48,244 nt of DNA, taken from a virus. Its lineage: Duplodnaviria > Caudoviricetes. The translations under genes and the position numbers were made by a program. Location: positions 1 to 48,244 of IMG/VR virus record IMGVR_UViG_3300035532_000094; one strand, written 5' to 3'. Below the pieces are notes generated by a model that saw only the letters and a list, made by a program, of their open reading frames with translations, was not told the origin of the DNA and made no database searches. Within the stretch, counting starts at the first letter, position 1; each line of letters begins with the position of its first letter. This document shows positions 47,149-48,244 of the stretch, piece by piece.

Positions 47149-47173
47149 GCGGTATTGAGGATTGGAGGTGGAT

Positions 47174-47797
47174 ATGGCGAAGGTTGGGAGACCGAAGAAA
47201 AAAGAACCCGATGTTGATATGTTGCAGTATTCCGATGGTTCGCCACGTAATCCGAATAAATGGTCGAAAGACGCCAATGCGGAAAGATTGGGCAGACAGG
47301 TTGAAGGCTCTTATGAAGGAGACAACCATCGACCCGGTAGTGGCATGTACGCAGGGATGGCGAATCCCCATGAGTTCCTCACTTTTTATCGTGAAGCCAA
47401 GAAGAAACCGCATTGTGGCAGTCCTTGGGCGTATGGCTCGGTCAAGGAACTCGAGAAGGAGGTGGATGCTTACTTTGATTTCTGCATCCATCGCAGGATA
47501 GCCGTATCGGTTGCGGGGCTTGGTGCTTGGCTTGGGGTGAGTGTTGCTACGTTGAGTTATTGGAAGCGCAATCGGGAGACATTGCCGTTTTTTGAGGTTG
47601 TGGAGGTGGCAATAGCCTTCATTCACAGCATGGCGGAGCAAGGAGCACTCGATGGCAACGTTCCAGCCAATGTTTTTGCCTTTATCTCGAAAAATTATCA
47701 CGGATTAAAGGATATACAGGAATACAGTGTCGAGCCAGTCAAGCAACTCTCTATACTGGAACAAGATAGGATTATTGATGCTTTACCCGATGAATAA
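47174..47797 (+). CDS. terS: Terminase small subunit-like DNA-packaging protein
   Basis: GRPKK start, ELEKEVDAYF, SVAGLGAWLGVSVATLSYW HTH, F..KNYHG.KD; RBS GGAGGTG before ATG 47174. Confidence 0.7.
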   Translation: MAKVGRPKKKEPDVDMLQYSDGSPRNPNKWSKDANAERLGRQVEGSYEGDNHRPGSGMYAGMANPHEFLTFYREAKKKPHCGSPWAYGSVKELEKEVDAYFDFCIHRRIAVSVAGLGAWLGVSVATLSYWKRNRETLPFFEVVEVAIAFIHSMAEQGALDGNVPANVFAFISKNYHGLKDIQEYSVEPVKQLSILEQDRIIDALPDE

Positions 47798-47844
47798 ACA
47801 TACAGTTGAATCTGCATAAATATACAGTAACTTGTATACAAGTT

Positions 47845-47867
47845 GACCCCTCAGAGGGGTCTTTTTT
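47845..47867 (+). terminator. Intrinsic terminator after the TerS-like gene
   Basis: GACCCCT-CAG-AGGGGTC followed by TTTTTT. Confidence 0.85.
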
Positions 47868-47880
47868 ATTGTCCCGCTCG

Positions 47881-48242
47881 CTGTTGCTTCTAGAATCAAC
47901 GCAAATCACTCAAGTGGGGAATTATACCATTTTCTCATGAAAGTCCAGCACACGCAATCCTCGTGCGTCTGAGAGCAAGTTAGAGCACATATGAATATCC
48001 TACAAGGACTCGGGCGCATATATACCCCCTCAGCCACCCACCTCGGGACACAATTCGCCTTGCTCACTGTTGCTTCTACTAGTTTCACTCGTATTGGCTC
48101 CAGGATCAACGCAAGAAGGGGAGAGGGGGAATTATACCACTTTTCCACAAAGATTGATTCTACGCAATCCTCGTGCGTCTGAGAGGACGTTAGACCACGT
48201 AGTGGTATTACGTCTGAGAGGACGTTAGGATACAAGGACTCG
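47881..48242. repeat. Two degenerate copies of a non-coding multi-block element
   Basis: Shared blocks CTGTTGCTTCTA, ATCAACGCAA, GGGGAATTATACCA, ACGCAATCCTCGTGCGTCTGAGAG, TACAAGGACTCG. Confidence 0.85.
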
Positions 48243-48244
48243 CA

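Larger units (their letters stand above)
1..48244. mobile_element. Tailed dsDNA bacteriophage (podovirus-like, BPP-1/T7-type virion module), near-complete genome or prophage fragment
   Basis: Terminase, portal, capsid, tail tube, ejection and fibre genes in order on +; replication and early genes on -; no host housekeeping context, no integrase seen. Confidence 0.95.

Noticed and set aside
47906-48235. 109-aa - strand ORF in the terminal repeats
   Set aside because: Peptide repeats simply reflect the DNA duplication; no RBS or recognisable motif
47881-48242. Possible CRISPR mini-array
   Set aside because: Two copies 210 bp apart with several conserved blocks; no repeat-spacer periodicity and no cas genes
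1-48244. tRNA, rRNA, intron or intein elements
   Set aside because: No cloverleaf or rRNA-like segment seen in the short intergenic gaps; polymerase, helicases and terminase domains are normal length with no intein motifs

Overview
The window is most of a tailed dsDNA phage genome. The left arm (1-26202, + strand) is a BPP-1/T7-like podovirus virion module: a terminase split into separate ATPase and nuclease genes, portal, scaffold, capsid, cement, tail tube A/B, three ejection-type proteins, tail fibre and an Mtd-like receptor-binding protein. The right arm (26232-46625, - strand) holds early, nucleotide-metabolism and replication genes (primase-helicase, SNF2 helicase, RtcB, family-B polymerase, ERF, YqaJ, ThyX, dNMP kinase). 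An AT-rich origin-like region, a TerS-like gene and non-coding repeats follow. No integrase, repressor, endolysin, tRNA or CRISPR array was recognised. The most notable signal is in the 3123-aa ejection/polyvalent protein: after an HExxH peptidase motif come four effector-like modules, two clearly ADP-ribosyltransferase-like. Every module boundary carries the same L-[FY]-Q-[DE] peptide on short DNA repeats (TCCTCTTCCAGGA x3, TGTATCAGGA x2), suggesting a swappable, possibly self-cleaving effector cassette array. Other notable points: a decayed diversity-generating retroelement (VR and truncated avd kept, TR and RT absent), a stand-alone EF-Ts N-domain mimic, a mini-protein repeating the scaffold C-terminal motif, and spanin-like genes with no visible endolysin. 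All family calls come from motifs recognised by eye; no database searches were run. Several starts were moved from the ORF track to codons with a ribosome-binding site.
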